A stretch of 64,000 nt of DNA from Leptolyngbyaceae cyanobacterium (GTDB lineage: Bacteria > Cyanobacteriota > Cyanobacteriia > Phormidesmidales > Phormidesmidaceae). The notes under the pieces are model-generated. The model was not told the origin of the DNA and made no database searches. It saw only the letters and a program-made list of their open reading frames with translations. A program made the position numbers and the translations under genes. The DNA lies in assembly GCA_965263355.1 (NCBI GenBank), contig CBDHHL010000056.1, positions 2,304,001-2,368,000 on the forward strand. The letters are read 5' to 3'. This document shows positions 62,718 to 64,000 of this stretch, one piece after another; position 1 is the first letter of the stretch; each line of letters starts with the position of its first letter.

Positions 62718-63368
62718 TTATCGAGGCAATAGTTTTGCGTACGCGAACTCTGCAACAGCATCAAAGCCTAAACCCTTACGGATAACCATAGGCTCATCCT
62801 CAGTCATATCTAAAATCGTAGATGCTAGATAGCTCGGTTCCGCCTCACTGTCAATAATTATGTCTACCTGTTTTTCTAAGGCATCAAACAATTCGTACCG
62901 CGAAAAATAGGTTTCATCCATATCCCCCGTGTGGGCCGATGTAGAAATAATCGGATTTCCCAAGCTTTTCAACAGCGCTTGACATACCGGACTATCTGGC
63001 ACCCGAATTCCTGTCGTCTTTCGCTTCGGGTTCATCACCAGCTTAGGCACTAGCTTAGTGGCAGGCAAAATAAACGTATAGGGACCTGGCACTAAATAAC
63101 GCATCGTCCGATAAGCGGGATCACTCACATAGGCGTACTCAGCAATATTCGACAGCGACGAGCATAGGAATGTCAGGGGTTTATCATTTGACAATTTCTT
63201 GAGCTGACGTACCCGCTTAATCGCATTTTTAGACAGCAAATCGCAGCCAATAGCATACACCGTATCCGTGGCGTAGAGCATTACCGCGCCACTCTGCAAC
63301 TGCTTACGAATTTTCTCGACTTTGAAAGATTGAGGCGACTCTGGATGCAGAGTATAAAGTGTAGCCAT
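62718..63368 (-). CDS. Sua5/YciO/YrdC family protein
   Basis: YATDTVYAIGC, PGPYTFIL, GIRVP, STSA. Confidence 0.9.
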   Translation of the reverse strand: MATLYTLHPESPQSFKVEKIRKQLQSGAVMLYATDTVYAIGCDLLSKNAIKRVRQLKKLSNDKPLTFLCSSLSNIAEYAYVSDPAYRTMRYLVPGPYTFILPATKLVPKLVMNPKRKTTGIRVPDSPVCQALLKSLGNPIISTSAHTGDMDETYFSRYELFDALEKQVDIIIDSEAEPSYLASTILDMTEDEPMVIRKGLGFDAVAEFAYAKLLPR

Positions 63369-63466
63369 GGGTCGAGCCCTCACTAGTGACTCGTTACTGC
63401 AAGGGGTATCGTAACGAGTGATACCGTAATTTTACTAAAACGGCTACTTCTTGTAACACAAATCCT

Positions 63467-64000
63467 ATGATGATCGCCATCCTTGAAACAGATGTACCAC
63501 TTCATCAGCAAACATTCTCTTTAGATCACTTAACGTTCACTAAGATACTTGCCCACACCGAAAACCTACTGATTATTCAAGACCTGGATGGCGTGTGCAT
63601 GGGATTGGTCAAAGACCCGCTTAATCGTAGAATCACACAGACTTATGTAGAAGCAACCACCGCCTACGATGGTCACTTCTTTGTACTAACCAATGGTGAG
63701 CATATCGGGAAACGTGGAGTCAATGGCATTGTGGCCAAAGCCCTAGGAGGAGATGTGGGGGATTTACACCTACCGGGACTGGCAGCAGGTAGCATCCAGT
63801 GGCAAAACCGCTTTGGTCAACTGAACCATCCAGGAGTGAGTGATGCTGAACTAGCCTTTCTTAAAGCAGTACCTAACCGCCTGGAAACAACACTGTGGAA
63901 ATGCTTGAACAATATTGACCATAGCTTCTCCTCAGAGGATATTACCCACTGCATTAATGCATCTGTATTGGATAATGTGGCGTCTCCCACAGCCAATCTC
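63467..64000 (+). CDS. stpA: glucosylglycerol-phosphate phosphatase (partial, runs off window)
   Basis: hand translation ...ENLLIIQDLDGVCMGLVKDPL...VLTNGEHIGKRGVN...LPGLAAG. Confidence 0.88.
   Translation, partial: MMIAILETDVPLHQQTFSLDHLTFTKILAHTENLLIIQDLDGVCMGLVKDPLNRRITQTYVEATTAYDGHFFVLTNGEHIGKRGVNGIVAKALGGDVGDLHLPGLAAGSIQWQNRFGQLNHPGVSDAELAFLKAVPNRLETTLWKCLNNIDHSFSSEDITHCINASVLDNVASPTANL

Overview
Window from a cyanobacterial chromosome. It has abundant HIP1 GCGATCGC sites and psaD, psbU, apcF, petG, cytM and NtcA boxes. Gene content and style suggest a filamentous, probably marine Leptolyngbya-like strain, but that is inference. Most of it is core genome: tilS, minCDE, ychF, ispH, psaD, trpE, manC, glnA, apcF, ddl, a TolC-family gene, uppP, psbU, nadB, tag, an SbcC-like gene, msrA, uppS and a partial stpA. 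The main signal is a tandem array of three ~177-bp units (30591-31045). Each unit holds a TCCGGA (DIF1-like) promoter and a ~59-nt NsiR1-like small RNA with its own terminator, upstream of ddl rather than hetF. Also notable are a glnA/gifA (IF7) module with opposing NtcA sites, a Uma2 nuclease gene broken by a perfect 188-bp tandem duplication, a PstS-like membrane protein with two repeat arrays, a caspase-STAND NTPase lacking a sensor domain, and an HTH-NB-ARC-TPR protein. All family calls are from motif recognition; no searches were run.
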